64,000 nt of DNA, taken from Bacteroides sp. Lineage in GTDB: Bacteria > Bacteroidota > Bacteroidia > Bacteroidales > Bacteroidaceae. The stretch is from assembly GCA_017466635.1 (NCBI GenBank), contig JAFTTU010000050.1:8690-72689 (forward strand). Direction: 5' to 3'. The notes beneath the pieces are model-generated. The model made no database searches. It saw only the letters and a list, made by a program, of their open reading frames with translations, and was not told the origin of the DNA. A program made the translations under genes and the position numbers. Each line of letters starts with the position of its first letter. Position 1 is the first letter of the stretch. Positions 20,175 to 29,983 of this stretch are shown one piece after another.

Positions 20175-21677
20175 TTAGTGGACACTAATGTTTTTACCTA
20201 TAAAATTAAGAATTTCAGCAAATATCCATGAAAGGATAAAATAGAGTATAGCGACCATTACCAATGGGAAAAACGCATCGAACGTACGCGAACGAATGAT
20301 ATCACCAACCTTGGTCAAATCTTGTACGGCAATGTAACCCACAATGGAAGTCATCTTTACCAATGAAATCAATTCTCCCTTGTACACAGGCAATACTTGC
20401 TTGAATGCTTGTGGCATCACGATGTAACAGAATGTCTTTACCGGAGAGAACCCCAAAGCAATCCCAGCTTCTGTTTGACCTCTGTCCACACTTTCGATGG
20501 ACGAACGGAACATCTCACTAACGTATGCAGCAAAGTTCATACCGAAAGTAATGACGGATACCATCACCGCATCGACAGAAGTTCCTGCAAATACCACATA
20601 GAACATCATCATCAACAACACCAATACGGGTGTCCCACGCATTAAACTGATATAAAGTCCCGCAAAACGACGAATGACAGCATAACTACTCATACGCATC
20701 CAGCACACCAATGCACCCAATAATGTACCAAACAGACCCGACAACAATGAAATCAAAGCAGATATTTTAAGGCCTTCTAATATCATTAGATATCTGTCTT
20801 CTTCAATAATATTACGTTGGATTCCCGTCTTGATACTTTCAAAAAATCCTGTTTTGGTAGTATCATTCATTCCTTCTACATATCCCACCGAATTTTCCTC
20901 ACGGATAGCTATTAAGGTATTACAACTAAAATAGGGGTCACTGAAATCAATGGACTCCATACGCTCCGGAGTTATGTTTACTCCAGACACAATCATATCA
21001 TAATTTCCACTGACCAAAGCTGGTATTAAAGCTGAAAAATTCATGTCACTCCATTCTATACGACGACCGATAGATGCTGCAAAACGGTTTGCTAATTCAA
21101 TATCGTGACCAACCAGTTCACCATCTTTTATAAACACCAATGGAGGCGCTGTAGAATTAGTCGCGACACGAATTGGTTCACCATCCTCCGGCATCTGGAT
21201 TTCCGGCATTTCTGCCTCATTAGCATGATACATCCAACGATTGTAAATTTCATCATATGTACCATCAGCCTTTATTTTCTTCAAGAATTCATTGAATTGT
21301 TGACGCAATTCTACATGCTGTCCCTTGCCAAAACAAACACCCATTTCAGCTGTAACAAGAGAACTATCCAACGTTTTAATTCCTTTCAGATTTTGTGTAT
21401 GATATAAAAAAATATGATTATCCATGACAAGGGCATCACACCTTTTGGCCAATAATGCCTGTAGCATATCCGTATCGAAATCAAATCTCAACACTTCCAC
21501 TTCTGGATATTCTTTTTCCAATAGTGCTTCTTGGAAAGCACCAGTTATGACTCCTATTTTTTTACCCTTTAAATCATCCATCGTCTGATAAACAGGCAAG
21601 TTTCCTATTTCTTTATCCCCACAAGCTGTCAAGAAGCTAAGAAGAAACAACATTACAAGATTCCTTAAATTTTCCAT
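20175..21677 (-). CDS. Amino acid ABC transporter, fused SBP modules and permease, lipoprotein (copy B)
   Basis: Lipobox FLTAC; same architecture and same 500-aa length as copy A from ATG 21677. Confidence 0.88.
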   Translation of the reverse strand: MENLRNLVMLFLLSFLTACGDKEIGNLPVYQTMDDLKGKKIGVITGAFQEALLEKEYPEVEVLRFDFDTDMLQALLAKRCDALVMDNHIFLYHTQNLKGIKTLDSSLVTAEMGVCFGKGQHVELRQQFNEFLKKIKADGTYDEIYNRWMYHANEAEMPEIQMPEDGEPIRVATNSTAPPLVFIKDGELVGHDIELANRFAASIGRRIEWSDMNFSALIPALVSGNYDMIVSGVNITPERMESIDFSDPYFSCNTLIAIREENSVGYVEGMNDTTKTGFFESIKTGIQRNIIEEDRYLMILEGLKISALISLLSGLFGTLLGALVCWMRMSSYAVIRRFAGLYISLMRGTPVLVLLMMMFYVVFAGTSVDAVMVSVITFGMNFAAYVSEMFRSSIESVDRGQTEAGIALGFSPVKTFCYIVMPQAFKQVLPVYKGELISLVKMTSIVGYIAVQDLTKVGDIIRSRTFDAFFPLVMVAILYFILSWIFAEILNFIGKNISVH

Positions 21678-21773
21678 CGTATGAATTAATTTTACAAATT
21701 GCAAAATTACAGTTTTTCCCTTAAATCCTATTTTTATTGAGAAATAATTCATTATTTCCCAAGCACATGCACT

Positions 21774-22646
21774 TTATGCAAAAAAATCATCTAAAATTTT
21801 TCGAGTACAGTCCGACTCCATCTCTCTTAATTCTTGATTATTTATTTCAATTCGGTTCATCAAGAATAATAAATTGTCGAATGTCAATTCAATCGACTTC
21901 TGATGATTGAGTAATGTCAGAATAATGACAAAACGATCAGTATTCAAAATATTTTCTGCTACATGAGGATGCTGATGAAGAAATTCTTGAATATAAGCAG
22001 ACAAGTCTTCCCCCTTGATGCGTAAACGCATCTTATTACGTATCATAGCCCGATAATTCTTATTTTGGAAATTAACACGCGCCATTTGATCGAATAAGGA
22101 TTTCATATTCCATTCTGCTGTTTCCAATGTGGCAATCACGCCATTCAATACACGAGAATAGGATTCACAGCCGTCCCAATCTTCCTTACACTTATAACGA
22201 AGGTCATGTTCCACTTCGTGCCATCCTTCAGAAAATATGGTACGGATTTGGATTTCATATGTATTGTCTATATAGTCAGAAAACTCTTCCGGAATAGCTT
22301 TGCGGAAATCTTCTATAAACTCAGCTGGCAAGTTGCAAGTCAAGTTCAGACGCTGGGGACGGAAAGTGGAAGAATCTAATTCGTCTACAGAACTCCTGAC
22401 CACATCTCCACAACTATAGAAAAAAGCTAAAGCATCCACATCATCCTGGAAATAAAGAACGATACGTAAACCTATCATATCTTGAATTTTAATTTTTCCA
22501 GCTCTATAACCCTCCCCCTTAATTTGCATTTTATGATGCAGGGAGCTTATAGTCTTGACACGTGAGAATAGACGGAACATCAATCCGCATTGATTCAAAT
22601 GTTGATATATCACAGATTCCAATCTGTTGGCAATAATTCGAAGCAT
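21774..22646 (-). CDS. RelA/SpoT synthetase-domain protein (small alarmone synthetase-like)
   Basis: RVKTISS, QDMIGLRIV, EIQIRT and W.EVEHDLRYK motifs. Confidence 0.8.
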   Translation of the reverse strand: MLRIIANRLESVIYQHLNQCGLMFRLFSRVKTISSLHHKMQIKGEGYRAGKIKIQDMIGLRIVLYFQDDVDALAFFYSCGDVVRSSVDELDSSTFRPQRLNLTCNLPAEFIEDFRKAIPEEFSDYIDNTYEIQIRTIFSEGWHEVEHDLRYKCKEDWDGCESYSRVLNGVIATLETAEWNMKSLFDQMARVNFQNKNYRAMIRNKMRLRIKGEDLSAYIQEFLHQHPHVAENILNTDRFVIILTLLNHQKSIELTFDNLLFLMNRIEINNQELREMESDCTRKILDDFFA

Positions 22647-22963
22647 TTTCTTTATCTTTTAACTATTAACACGTTTGTACTTTTCTACAAATGTCATATT
22701 TTTTGTTTATAAACATTCTTATTTCTAATTATTTGTTTTTTCTTCATCAATATAATAAAATAAAAACATTTAGATTTCCTGACGTAACTTTTCAAAATTC
22801 TTGAATGCAAGAATAGCAAGAATCATCCATATTTTCAAGGAATAGGAATCTACATTTCATCCTACAAAACATATAAATTTACTGAAATATGCATTTGTAA
22901 ACCAAAATATAAATACCAATATTTACGTTAGTAAAACAAAACCGTCCCATTAAAGAGAATTTA

Positions 22964-24736
22964 TCATAATGGAAAAAGCAACAAGGTTATAAACAAATTG
23001 GCTATCCAAATGATGAAATTCATCGGGATACCGATACGGGCAAAGTCGGTAAAACGATAACCGCCCGGACCATAGACAATCATGTGCGTAGGTGATCCAA
23101 TAGGTGTAGCAAAACTGGACGATACAGATATCATCAGCGCCACACAGAATGTCAATGGACTGACATCCATATTGACGGCTGTCTGATAGGCTATCGGAAA
23201 GAATATGGCCGCCGTAGCCGTATTGCTGGTAAACTCTGTGATGAAGGTTCCCACCAAACAAATGCCTGCCAATGCCACTATCGGACTACCGTCACAAAGC
23301 ACCAAAATGCCTTGTGAAATCCATTCGGCAATACCTGTATCCTGAATGGCCGTCCCCAGACTGATGCTTCCGGCAAAAATCATCAACAAACTCCAGTCAA
23401 TACTATCACGAGCTTGTTCAATGGTACAGAAACGACAAATAATCATGGCGAAGGCGGCAATGAAAGCAGCTTGCAATAAAGTTAGATAGCCTAACGAAGA
23501 CACTGCCACCATGGCAATCATGATTAGCGAAGAGTAAAGTGTACGTTTGTCAGGTTTGTACAGACTCTCGGAAGCCATCTCCATCAAATCGTATTTAGAC
23601 TGCCTATCCATGTGAAAACGCTGAGGGCATTCCATCAACAAGGTGTCACCTGCCTTTAGTTCCACCTCACGGGGACTGCCTTTCACCACATCTCCCTCGC
23701 GAGCAATGGCCACTAACACCAAGTTGTTATCTTCTTCAAAAGCAGTGTCACTCATTCTACGCCCAATGAAAGAACTCTTGAAACCGACAGTTGCCATACG
23801 CAATTTACGGTCCTTCTCCACTTCGTCCAGCGAGAACACATGGTGAGTGGCATTTACCAACTGATAAGTGTCACGTATTTCCAAAATCTTTTCCACATTG
23901 CCGGAAAATATCAAACGGTCACCTCCAAAAATGAATTCTTCATCGTCCACTGCCGTAATCACTTCCTTGTCCAAACGGATGATTTCAATCAAGTGACCTC
24001 CGTCCACTTGATGCAATCCGGCTTCCTTGATGGTCTGTCCTACCAAAGAAGACATGGTGGGTACCATTAGCTCAACCGTATAAGTGGATGTGCCTTGCAA
24101 GGCATCTTCAGGCGAAACACGTTCGGGAAGCAAACGGCTCAAAGCTAAAACCGACAATACACCGACCACCAAACAGAAAAGGCCCGCCAATGTAGGAGTA
24201 AAAATACTCAAGGCTATTCCTGTTTCCTTGGTATAGAAACCTGATATAAGCAGATTAGGAGGAGTACCAATCAAAGTACAGATGCCACCCATGCCCGAAG
24301 CATAACTCAAAGGTATCAATAATTTTGAAGGAGCGAGACCCAACTTCTTGGCCCATAGTCGAACCACTCCCGTAAACAAAGCTACCACTGCAGTATTGTT
24401 CAAGAAGGAACTAAGGGCAGCAACCGGAAGCATCAAACGGATGACGGCTTTATGATAGGTTTTGGGAGAACCCAGACAATAACGCACCACCCACTGCAGG
24501 AATCCAGTATGCACCAATCCTGAAATCACCACAAACAAGGCACCAATGAGTACAACGGTAGAAGATGAAAAACTACCCAATACTGCACCGGCAGGAATAA
24601 CACCGCTAACCAACAACAATCCCATACCTCCCAAAAAGACCAGATCAGAAGGTAACTTTGTGCAAACTTGTAGCACGAAAACCAATAAAACGACGAACAC
24701 GACAAACCATGCCGCCAGACTTAAGCCCAATAACAT
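22964..24736 (-). CDS. SLC13/DASS family permease with TrkA-C (RCK-C) domains
   Basis: SSFLNNT, GGICTLIGTPPNL, TEFTSNTA, FATPIGSPTH; two cytoplasmic RCK-C repeats. Confidence 0.88.
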   Translation of the reverse strand: MLLGLSLAAWFVVFVVLLVFVLQVCTKLPSDLVFLGGMGLLLVSGVIPAGAVLGSFSSSTVVLIGALFVVISGLVHTGFLQWVVRYCLGSPKTYHKAVIRLMLPVAALSSFLNNTAVVALFTGVVRLWAKKLGLAPSKLLIPLSYASGMGGICTLIGTPPNLLISGFYTKETGIALSIFTPTLAGLFCLVVGVLSVLALSRLLPERVSPEDALQGTSTYTVELMVPTMSSLVGQTIKEAGLHQVDGGHLIEIIRLDKEVITAVDDEEFIFGGDRLIFSGNVEKILEIRDTYQLVNATHHVFSLDEVEKDRKLRMATVGFKSSFIGRRMSDTAFEEDNNLVLVAIAREGDVVKGSPREVELKAGDTLLMECPQRFHMDRQSKYDLMEMASESLYKPDKRTLYSSLIMIAMVAVSSLGYLTLLQAAFIAAFAMIICRFCTIEQARDSIDWSLLMIFAGSISLGTAIQDTGIAEWISQGILVLCDGSPIVALAGICLVGTFITEFTSNTATAAIFFPIAYQTAVNMDVSPLTFCVALMISVSSSFATPIGSPTHMIVYGPGGYRFTDFARIGIPMNFIIWIANLFITLLLFPL

Positions 24737-24820
24737 ATTTTTATTCTTTAAGTTTCGCCAATATAAATGATATCCCGTCAGTTTAGCCCCAATCGGCTTG
24801 TCCCGATGGAAAAAATTTCC

Positions 24821-26995
24821 CTATATCTCTTGTCTCTTAATCATCTCCGCAAAAAGCCCGCCTTTTTCCTTCAACGCCTCGTAAGTCCCTTCTTCGGCAA
24901 TGCGTCCTTTGTCGAGCACAATGATGCGGTCGCAATGACGGATGGTGCTGAGACGATGGGCAATGACTACACGGGTACATCCCATCTTGTCCAGATTGTC
25001 GGACACCATCTTCTGACTGACATTGTCCAAGGCACTGGTAGCCTCATCGAAGAACAGGATGGAAGGCTTGTTGAGCAAGGCACGGGCGATGAGCAAACGT
25101 TGTTTCTGTCCACCACTGAAACCGCCTCCACCTTCGCTGACAAGGGTGTTCATTCCCATCGGAAGAGCTTCGATATCCTTGTCGATACCTGCCAAACGAG
25201 CGGCTTCCCATGCATCATCCCGTGAACTCCATGGTGCGGTAATGGTAATATTACTGAACACATCACCCGGGAAAAGGCTTCCACTCTGCAAACATGTACC
25301 TATTTTCTGGCGCAAGCTGCTCTTGTCTACCTCATTCAAATCATAGTCGTCGTAATAAACGGCTCCCATTTGCGGCGTCTCGAAGCCCAACATCAAGCGC
25401 ATCAAGGTACTTTTCCCACAACCGGATTTTCCTACGATTGCCACATATTCTCCCGGATGGAATTTCAGTGATACATCATCCAGAATCCAAGGCGTATCTT
25501 CCGAATAGCGGAAAGACAAATGGCTGATTTCGATGGCCCCACTCAAGAACTGCACCTGTTTGGATTTTTCATCCACTTCGGGCACAGCTTCCATGATAGG
25601 CTTGGCCTGTTTCAACAAAGGCTCCATGCGCGAGAGTTGGGGAGCAATCCCAATCAAGGCGGTAAATGCACCACTTACCATTCCGTATGCAGCCGTAAAA
25701 GCGATGAAGTCGGAAGGAGAAACCTGACTCTTTACGGCCGTAAAGTAAATGTATGCCATCCCACCCAAGTTAAGCAATACCATCAAGGCACCCGAAAGTT
25801 TCAGCAACAAAGGAGGATTGAATTCCAGGCGGGCATTCTCCCGATACGTCTGCAACCATCGGGTAAAGGCACGCTTTTCAGAGCCTGTCAGCTTGATTTT
25901 CTGCACACCGTTGATGAGGTCGAATATCAGGGAAGTCAACTTGGCAGAAACAGCGATAATCTGCTTGTCCTGCTTCCGTTGAAACCAAAGCATCGCCAGT
26001 GTCAACAAGAATTGCCCGAAGATGATGGTCATCCCCGGCATCATCAAGGATTGGGCATAACTCTTCATCTGAAAGACATATACGATGGAAAATACAGCTG
26101 TAATGGAAGTACTTACCAACATATCGTTCGCCAAGTCGCACAAACGGCCTACACTCATAATGCGCTCGTTCAGTTCACCCGATGCATACTTCATGAAAAA
26201 CTTTGCCTTGAGCAAGAATGTACGTGCCATGACGGCAGGTTCTATCCGCACACTGACCAATTCCTTCAGACGCTTCAACATCCAGTCACGTATCAAATTG
26301 AAGAGAATGTCACCGATGGTCGCCCCTATCAGCAATGCCGCCACCGGAAGGATATCGCTTTTCGTACCGCTCGGTATCACGGTATCGAACATCTGTTTGT
26401 TCACGTAAGGAACCAACATCCCCATGACCGCAATCAAGCCGGAAACAAGAAACAACCGGACAATGTCTTTTGCATTGAACGACTTGGCCATGAATGCGAG
26501 CAAATCGCCCATTCCTATTTTCCGCATGGGCAATGCCGGATAGAAACAGAGGGCTTCGGGTTTCAAGTCCTTTTTCATGCGTTTGGAAGTCACCTCCACT
26601 CGAAGACCTTCCTTATTAATATAGGTATAGGAGGCTTTCATACGCGTCGGTATCAAGGCTACCCATTTGCCTTCCCGGTCATAGCCCAACATCGGCCCTA
26701 CAGCCATCTTCCACCACTTGCCTTTCAGCTCCACCCGGCGGTACATGATTCCCCTCGGATTCAGAATCTGAGCCAACTGCTCTTCCATCGTGAGGAAAGG
26801 ATTCTCTTCGTCCAACTCGAAGTCATCCACGATGTCCAGTGCGGCAAGCACCTCCCTCACCGCATGACTTCCGGAAGCCGCTTTGCCCTTCAAGGCCGAC
26901 TGCAAGCCCACTTCCTCCACAAACTGCCCGACCGCCTCATGCAAGTGCTGCTGCTCTTGCTCCAGTCTTTTGTCTATTTGCTCCTTGAATAACAT
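24821..26995 (-). CDS. NHLP/NHLM bacteriocin-system ABC transporter, non-proteolytic subunit
   Basis: N-terminal domain with R.V.L...WW...GPML but no QxxxxCG; ABC membrane domain; GKSGCGKST, FSGGQKQR, DEATSALDN. Confidence 0.85.
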   Translation of the reverse strand: MLFKEQIDKRLEQEQQHLHEAVGQFVEEVGLQSALKGKAASGSHAVREVLAALDIVDDFELDEENPFLTMEEQLAQILNPRGIMYRRVELKGKWWKMAVGPMLGYDREGKWVALIPTRMKASYTYINKEGLRVEVTSKRMKKDLKPEALCFYPALPMRKIGMGDLLAFMAKSFNAKDIVRLFLVSGLIAVMGMLVPYVNKQMFDTVIPSGTKSDILPVAALLIGATIGDILFNLIRDWMLKRLKELVSVRIEPAVMARTFLLKAKFFMKYASGELNERIMSVGRLCDLANDMLVSTSITAVFSIVYVFQMKSYAQSLMMPGMTIIFGQFLLTLAMLWFQRKQDKQIIAVSAKLTSLIFDLINGVQKIKLTGSEKRAFTRWLQTYRENARLEFNPPLLLKLSGALMVLLNLGGMAYIYFTAVKSQVSPSDFIAFTAAYGMVSGAFTALIGIAPQLSRMEPLLKQAKPIMEAVPEVDEKSKQVQFLSGAIEISHLSFRYSEDTPWILDDVSLKFHPGEYVAIVGKSGCGKSTLMRLMLGFETPQMGAVYYDDYDLNEVDKSSLRQKIGTCLQSGSLFPGDVFSNITITAPWSSRDDAWEAARLAGIDKDIEALPMGMNTLVSEGGGGFSGGQKQRLLIARALLNKPSILFFDEATSALDNVSQKMVSDNLDKMGCTRVVIAHRLSTIRHCDRIIVLDKGRIAEEGTYEALKEKGGLFAEMIKRQEI

Positions 26996-26998
26996 AAC

Positions 26999-29134
26999 TT
27001 AATCACATGCCACCAATTGTTTATACACGCCATCCTTCTCCAACAACTCCTGATGAGTTCCTCTTTCTACCACTTCACCCTTTTCCAATACCACAATTTC
27101 ATCACAATCGCGGATGGTACTAAGTCGGTGGGCTATCACTATCAACGTCACCCCCATCATGCGGATGGAGTCCATGATACGTTTTTCGGTTTCTGCATCC
27201 AAGGCACTGGTTGCTTCATCCATGATGAGGATGACCGGCTCGCGTGCCAAGGCTGCAGCTATCTCAATACGCTGCAACTGACCTCCCGAAAAGTTCTTTC
27301 CGCCCTTCACCAAACGGGTATTGAAACCTTCCGGACGCGACACCACATCTTCCCGTATCTGGGCATCCCGACAAGCCAATACCATGGCAAAATCTTCGAT
27401 GGAGGAATCCCACATCTTGATGTTGGCCATGATGGTATCGTCAAACATCACCACATTCTGGTCAATCATGGCTATCGAATTCGTGAATTCATCGTCATTG
27501 ATTTCTTGGCGGTATCTTCCGTCGAACAGAATTTCACCTTCCCAAGGTTGATACAAACCCGTAATCAACTTGGCTAATGTACTTTTACCGCATCCCGATG
27601 TGCCCACAAATGCCACACTCTTGCCCGGTTCTACCGTCATGGAGAAATTCTTGATTTGCGGTTGGGAGAAGCTGTTGTAGCCAAAGGATACATTCTTCAA
27701 CTCGATACGTCCACGCAATTTTCCACTTCCGTCCTGTCTTGCTTCCGTACTCTGTTGTTGCACCGGATATTTCAGCACGTCTTCCACACGTTCCATCTGA
27801 GTACGCATCTCTATCATCATTTCCGTTGCCGAGAACAACTGTTGGGCAGGAGCCGTAAATCCCGTCATAAATCCTTGGAATGCCAACAGCATACCGATGG
27901 TAAACTGGCCGTCCATAATCATATAGGCTCCCAATAGCAGGATGGCATTACCCGTCAAGGCTTGCAACAACTCCGGCCAAATGCCATAAAGTTGGTCGCG
28001 ACGGTCGGCACGGGCTTCCGAATTGTGCATATTGGTAAAGTAACCCACCCAATGATTGAAGAAACCGTTTTCGGCACCGGCCGCCTTGATGGTTTCGATA
28101 TTGTCCAGGCATGACATCGTTACCCCATAGTACTTTCCCATGTCCCTTTCAAAGACACGGGTCACATCTACTCGCTTTGTTGATATATAACTGGCCAACC
28201 CAATATTCAGCAACATGGCACCCAAGCCTATCAATGTCAGCCAAACACTATAGCGGAGCATGAAAGTGAGATACAGCACCAACAACATCATTTGAATGGC
28301 CAATGGAGCCAACTGCTGCACCAATGTAGCTGCAATGTTCTGATTGGATTTCTGCCGGAGAATCAAATCACCCACATAGCGTTGGGAGAAGAAGTCCATC
28401 GGCAACCGCAGCAGATGCCAGAAGAAGTTGCTGTTGGCTTCAAGAGCCATGGCCGCATTGTACTTCCGGCTATAAATACCTTTCAACCATTCGGTCAATA
28501 CATTCACTCCTATCACCGCCACGAAAGCTGCCATGAAGGGCTTGAACCAATCCGGATTCTTGCCGCTCAAGATATCGTCCATGAATATTTGCGAGAACAA
28601 CGGAGTGGCTATCCCAACGATTGCCGCCAACAAGCCGGTCACAAAGATAAAGAAAGCAGCCGCCCGGGTATTCTTCAGTCTTCGCTTCACAAAGCCCAAA
28701 ATGGAAGCACGCGAACCTCCCGGCTGAAAAGATTTTGTAGGCTCAAACACCAAGGCAATGCCTGTAAAGGCCCTGTCGAATTCTTCTTGAGTAACTTTGA
28801 CCTTTCCTCGCCCCGGGTCATTCAAGTAATGGGTATTCCCCCTTTTCCCCTTGTATACTACAAAGTGGTTGAAGTTCCAATGGATGATGGCAGGAGTTTC
28901 TCCTTGCAGCTCGTCCTCATCCAGCTTATAGGCATTGGCTTCCATGCCGTAGCTTCGTCCAGCCAGAAGCAATTGCTTGGCAGAACAACCGTCACGCGAT
29001 ACGCCACAATCCTTTCGTAGCTGTTCCAACGGCAACCACTTCTTATGATAAGCCAGTACCATCCCCAGCGAAGCGGCTCCGCACTCCACCATCTCCATCT
29101 GCATGATGACCGGTACATTCTTGACTTTTCCCAT
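26999..29134 (-). CDS. NHLP/NHLM-type peptidase-containing ABC transporter (C39 + ABC)
   Basis: Intact C39 catalytic motifs QMEMVECGAASL, HWNFNHFVV, YLNDP; R..CGVSRDG signature; GTSGCGKST, FSGGQ.QR. Confidence 0.92.
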   Translation of the reverse strand: MGKVKNVPVIMQMEMVECGAASLGMVLAYHKKWLPLEQLRKDCGVSRDGCSAKQLLLAGRSYGMEANAYKLDEDELQGETPAIIHWNFNHFVVYKGKRGNTHYLNDPGRGKVKVTQEEFDRAFTGIALVFEPTKSFQPGGSRASILGFVKRRLKNTRAAAFFIFVTGLLAAIVGIATPLFSQIFMDDILSGKNPDWFKPFMAAFVAVIGVNVLTEWLKGIYSRKYNAAMALEANSNFFWHLLRLPMDFFSQRYVGDLILRQKSNQNIAATLVQQLAPLAIQMMLLVLYLTFMLRYSVWLTLIGLGAMLLNIGLASYISTKRVDVTRVFERDMGKYYGVTMSCLDNIETIKAAGAENGFFNHWVGYFTNMHNSEARADRRDQLYGIWPELLQALTGNAILLLGAYMIMDGQFTIGMLLAFQGFMTGFTAPAQQLFSATEMMIEMRTQMERVEDVLKYPVQQQSTEARQDGSGKLRGRIELKNVSFGYNSFSQPQIKNFSMTVEPGKSVAFVGTSGCGKSTLAKLITGLYQPWEGEILFDGRYRQEINDDEFTNSIAMIDQNVVMFDDTIMANIKMWDSSIEDFAMVLACRDAQIREDVVSRPEGFNTRLVKGGKNFSGGQLQRIEIAAALAREPVILIMDEATSALDAETEKRIMDSIRMMGVTLIVIAHRLSTIRDCDEIVVLEKGEVVERGTHQELLEKDGVYKQLVACD

Positions 29135-29142
29135 ACTTCGCT

Positions 29143-29967
29143 TTATTTGGATTGCCGGTTAAACAACAAGTCGAACACAGGACGATTGCGTGTCACAATC
29201 TGCAAGCTGCAAAACGTACCTATCTTCATATTGATGTTTTCTCCCGATTGATGCGACCAACGGATTTTGCTCTTGTCCGATGGATGATCTTCCAGCTTAA
29301 TTTGTACCATAAAGGCTGCTTCCGATGGAAATACCGCCGATGTAAATTCTTCCAATTTGAACAAGTTTTGCGCTTCCTTGGATGATGTAGGAAGTTCGTT
29401 GATGGCGGTAATGCGTCCATACATATAGCCCACTTCCTCCCGCTTCAAATCGCTTGGGGTGGCTTGTACTTCCATCCCCACTTTCAGTTTGCGCAAGTCG
29501 GCATAAGTCACAAAAGCAATCATTTCCTTCAATTGGTTCACTTGGTCGTGTGGAAGCAGATAAACACAAGGCTCCAATGCACTGAACGATTCCTGCTGCA
29601 CCTTGTGAGAAAGCACAACACCCGAATGAGTGCTTCTCAATTCGCGAACAGCATCTTCCGATGTATAACGGAACAAGATGTCTCCCTTCTTTACTTCATC
29701 GCCTTTCTGGACGAAGACTTCCGTAATCCGCCCGTCGAGCGAAGCAGATACATGCATGATTTCCTGATGAGGGAAGGCTATGCCATTGATTTTCACAAAA
29801 TCGCTGATGGTGCTATTGAATGCCCAGACACAGGCAGCAACGACACATAGCAGGATGCTTGTCAACCAAAGATAAAACGAAGGTCCTGTCACCCGGATAT
29901 AGTCACTGATTTTATCCGGAGACTCCAATGTATCCATCGCCTGTTGGCGGAAAAGTTTGTTTCCCAT
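29143..29967 (-). CDS. NHLP-system secretion accessory protein (short HlyD-like, no alpha-hairpin)
   Basis: LFRQQA...LESPD N-terminus, single TM, adjacent lipoyl half-motifs, YG.I and P..LLF C-terminal motifs. Confidence 0.8.
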   Translation of the reverse strand: MGNKLFRQQAMDTLESPDKISDYIRVTGPSFYLWLTSILLCVVAACVWAFNSTISDFVKINGIAFPHQEIMHVSASLDGRITEVFVQKGDEVKKGDILFRYTSEDAVRELRSTHSGVVLSHKVQQESFSALEPCVYLLPHDQVNQLKEMIAFVTYADLRKLKVGMEVQATPSDLKREEVGYMYGRITAINELPTSSKEAQNLFKLEEFTSAVFPSEAAFMVQIKLEDHPSDKSKIRWSHQSGENINMKIGTFCSLQIVTRNRPVFDLLFNRQSK

Positions 29968-29983
29968 GAGGTTGAGTTATAAG

